Part shown: one piece after another, positions 61,901-64,000 of the stretch | Layout of the letters: every line of letters starts with the position of its first letter | How positions within the stretch are numbered: the stretch's first letter is position 1 | Notes under the pieces: model-generated | What the model was told of the DNA's origin: nothing | Seen by the model: the letters and a program-made list of their open reading frames with translations, nothing else | Database searches by the model: none | IMG/VR virus record: IMGVR_UViG_3300046171_000173 | Coordinates: 1 to 64,000 of that record | Source: a virus | DNA: 64,000 bases | Direction: 5' to 3' (one strand) | Program-made: the position numbers and the translations under genes

Positions 61901-64000
61901 GCATCTGTAAAGAATACTTTACTATCCACAATATTAAATGATCCTGTAAACTTTCTAATTGCATCACTATCTGAGTGTGTTGCTGCAGTGCTACCCAATG
62001 ATCCTCTTTCAACACCAACTAAATTAATTGCACCACCACCTGATATTGGGCCAACTGATGTTGTACCAACACCAACAGATGTTATCTTCATTAATTCAGT
62101 TCCAACTTCAAGAATATCTCCCTCTGATAATGAAGAAATACCTGCAACACTAAAGATAGTTGAGGTTGATGATATATTTCCTCCAACATTATTTGAAACT
62201 GTAGTATTAACTGGTGTAAATGCTATTGGTGATTGAATTAAACCATCAATATCAATAACAGTTTTCTCAAGTTTCTTAGTCATCTCTAACTGATGAATAT
62301 TACCAGATCCTAATGATACAAAAGTAACACCTGTTCCAGCATTAGCATTTGACTTGCTAGTTGCTAATTTAAATGTATCTTTTGTAAGTCTAATCGCAAA
62401 TACATCTGTAGGAACATTTGTATTATGTGCAGTTGTCATTGCTGTTGCAGCCAACACCAACAAATGAACTCTTAGGTGTATACTTTAATTTTTCTGCAGT
62501 TCTAAAGAAGTGATCCGTGATTGTAAAGACACCAGTTGCTGCATTTAGTGTTGATGTATCAGTTGGTCTAAACTGTTTCGAGAAAATAGGTACATTATTA
62601 GACTTTAATTCAAACTCTTTCTTATTTGCTCTATCACCATTAACTGCATTGTATTGTCTTACTTTTACAGATTCTACGACTCTACCAAATGTTAAATCTG
62701 GAGGAACATTGAATATGTCAATATCTCTGTAGAATACTTCACTATATGCTTGCACTTCTACATCACTAAATCCACTATCAGGATTAAATCTTAAGTTAAA
62801 TTAGAACCTGAGAAACTAGCAGTAAATGTTCCAATACCTGCTGTGCTTCCAATTGAAATAAATGGGTAATGCACAGTAGATGTACTAGTTCCATCATGCA
62901 TTGCAATTACTTGATGCATCGCATGTGTTGTTCCTTTAGAAACTTTAACTATACTCTTGATTGCATTATATTTGTTTGAATCAACTCCAACTATAGTTGA
63001 TAGTGCACTGACTCTCTTATAATTTGATTGTAAATTAACAGATCTTTCAGATCCAGCAAGTTGTGTTGCATCTTTAAATCTATATGTTCCAGTTCCTGCG
63101 GTTGTTGTACCAAATCCAACAGCCTTTAGCACGAACATTAACTGTATTAATTCCAGTATTAGAATATTCTAATGATAATATATTTGATTGAAGATTTGAT
63201 GTAAATGTTCCTATAAAATTAGATGAGAAGTTTGCTATATCTCCACTGTCAACATAATATTCAGTAAAGTATGAATCAGTACCATCTGTTGTTACATAGA
63301 TATCGACTAGATTTTTCTCGTCTGTAGTTGTATCTTTAACCTCAACAGTTGCATAGAAAGCAGATGTAAGTCCGACAGGTGCTGAAACAATGTTAGTAGT
63401 TACCGCTGCACCAACATTTGTACTCACACCAACAAGATTTATGAAACCAACAGCCTGCGTACCAACACCTGATAGAGTACTGTTAAATTTATTTTCATAA
63501 ACTTTAATATCTAAATCATCATCAAATGGATTAGTTGGTGTTATTCTGAGTGTGGTGGTGCTTGTTGATGCATCAGTAAACCCAATCACATCTACTATCT
63601 TGTCAGTACCAATACCTAAACTGTTTTTCTCGAATGTGAATGTATCAGTTGAATCTTTAAATACTACAACTTCATCTATTCTAATTTCATTTGTACTAGG
63701 GTTTCTTGTTTGAATTACAAAATTACCATAATCTTCAGTTAGAGGTATATCGATTCTATTATTCTAAGTGCTTTCTGCATTTGAAAATTGTGAACTAATA
63801 TCATCAATAGAAATTACACGGTTAGTTCTACACTCAATATAACTTGCAAGTTTTTTGTTCTTAAATTTAATAAATTTAGATTTTGTATTATTTTCAAGTG
63901 TATCGGTATCAATTGATAAATCAAAATTATTAATAGTGTCAACTCTTTTTTCCGTAATTAAATCTCTTGATAACACTAAAGCAGAAATAGATGATATTCC
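58997..64000 (-). CDS. g7: Baseplate wedge initiator gp7-like giant protein, C-terminal part (many indels; starts beyond the window)
   Basis: Collinear Gly/Thr-rich ORF fragments with YIECRTNRVISIDDIS, NLLLIFVNGVIQ, WTKQKVD, FSWGRL; directly upstream of g8. Confidence 0.75.

Noticed and set aside
715-62732. Numerous plus-strand ORFs in the track
   Set aside because: They are antisense shadows of well-supported minus-strand genes, with no recognisable motifs.
1-64000. Split g43, g45, cobS, g21, g20, g17, g15, VrlC-like and g7 as pseudogenes, programmed frameshifts or intron-split genes
   Set aside because: The breaks I checked are 1-2 nt indels, often in short homopolymers, with no inserted sequence, and they hit many essential genes. 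This is best explained as long-read/assembly error.
1-64000. tRNA genes, integrase, transposases, reverse transcriptase/DGR, inteins
   Set aside because: None recognised. Intergenic gaps are short and accounted for, and conserved enzymes have normal lengths. A tRNAscan-SE/Infernal run would be needed to exclude small RNAs fully.

Overview
This window is a 64-kb slice of an AT-rich T4-like marine cyanomyovirus genome, most likely a Prochlorococcus phage (pebS, psbN, low GC). Essentially all genes lie on the minus strand. Reading in the direction of transcription (right to left): baseplate g7 (partial), g8, a large VrlC/DUF4815-like virion protein, a fibre protein, g13-g14-g15-g16, a ~785-aa basic multi-module ORF, g17-g18-g19-g20-g21-g22-g23, a small-ORF island, g3-uvsY-def-uvsW, g55-g47-g46, an NAD-dependent epimerase, a cobT/cobS-like VWA/AAA pair, pebS, g45, an accessory block, g44, pyrE, psbN, a DUF4338-like gene, gcvP, g62-regA-hsp20, an Endo VII-type nuclease and g43 (running off the left edge). 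Many essential genes are broken by 1-nt indels. I read these as long-read/assembly errors and report the genes as single reconstructed features. The best leads are: (i) a putative gp21-processed polyprotein between g16 and g17, plus three ORFs with T4-like capsid-targeting leaders, which together suggest a head-packaged protein cargo system; (ii) a ROSE-like RNA thermometer on hsp20; (iii) an NtcA box, late promoter and Met-His-stop mini-ORFs around an unannotated Cys-rich peptide; (iv) an RBS-sequestering hairpin and an antisense sigma70 promoter with TGACAA repeats bracketing uvsW; (v) a manA-like pseudoknot RNA upstream of the polymerase operon. All family assignments come from motif recognition by eye. 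No searches were run.
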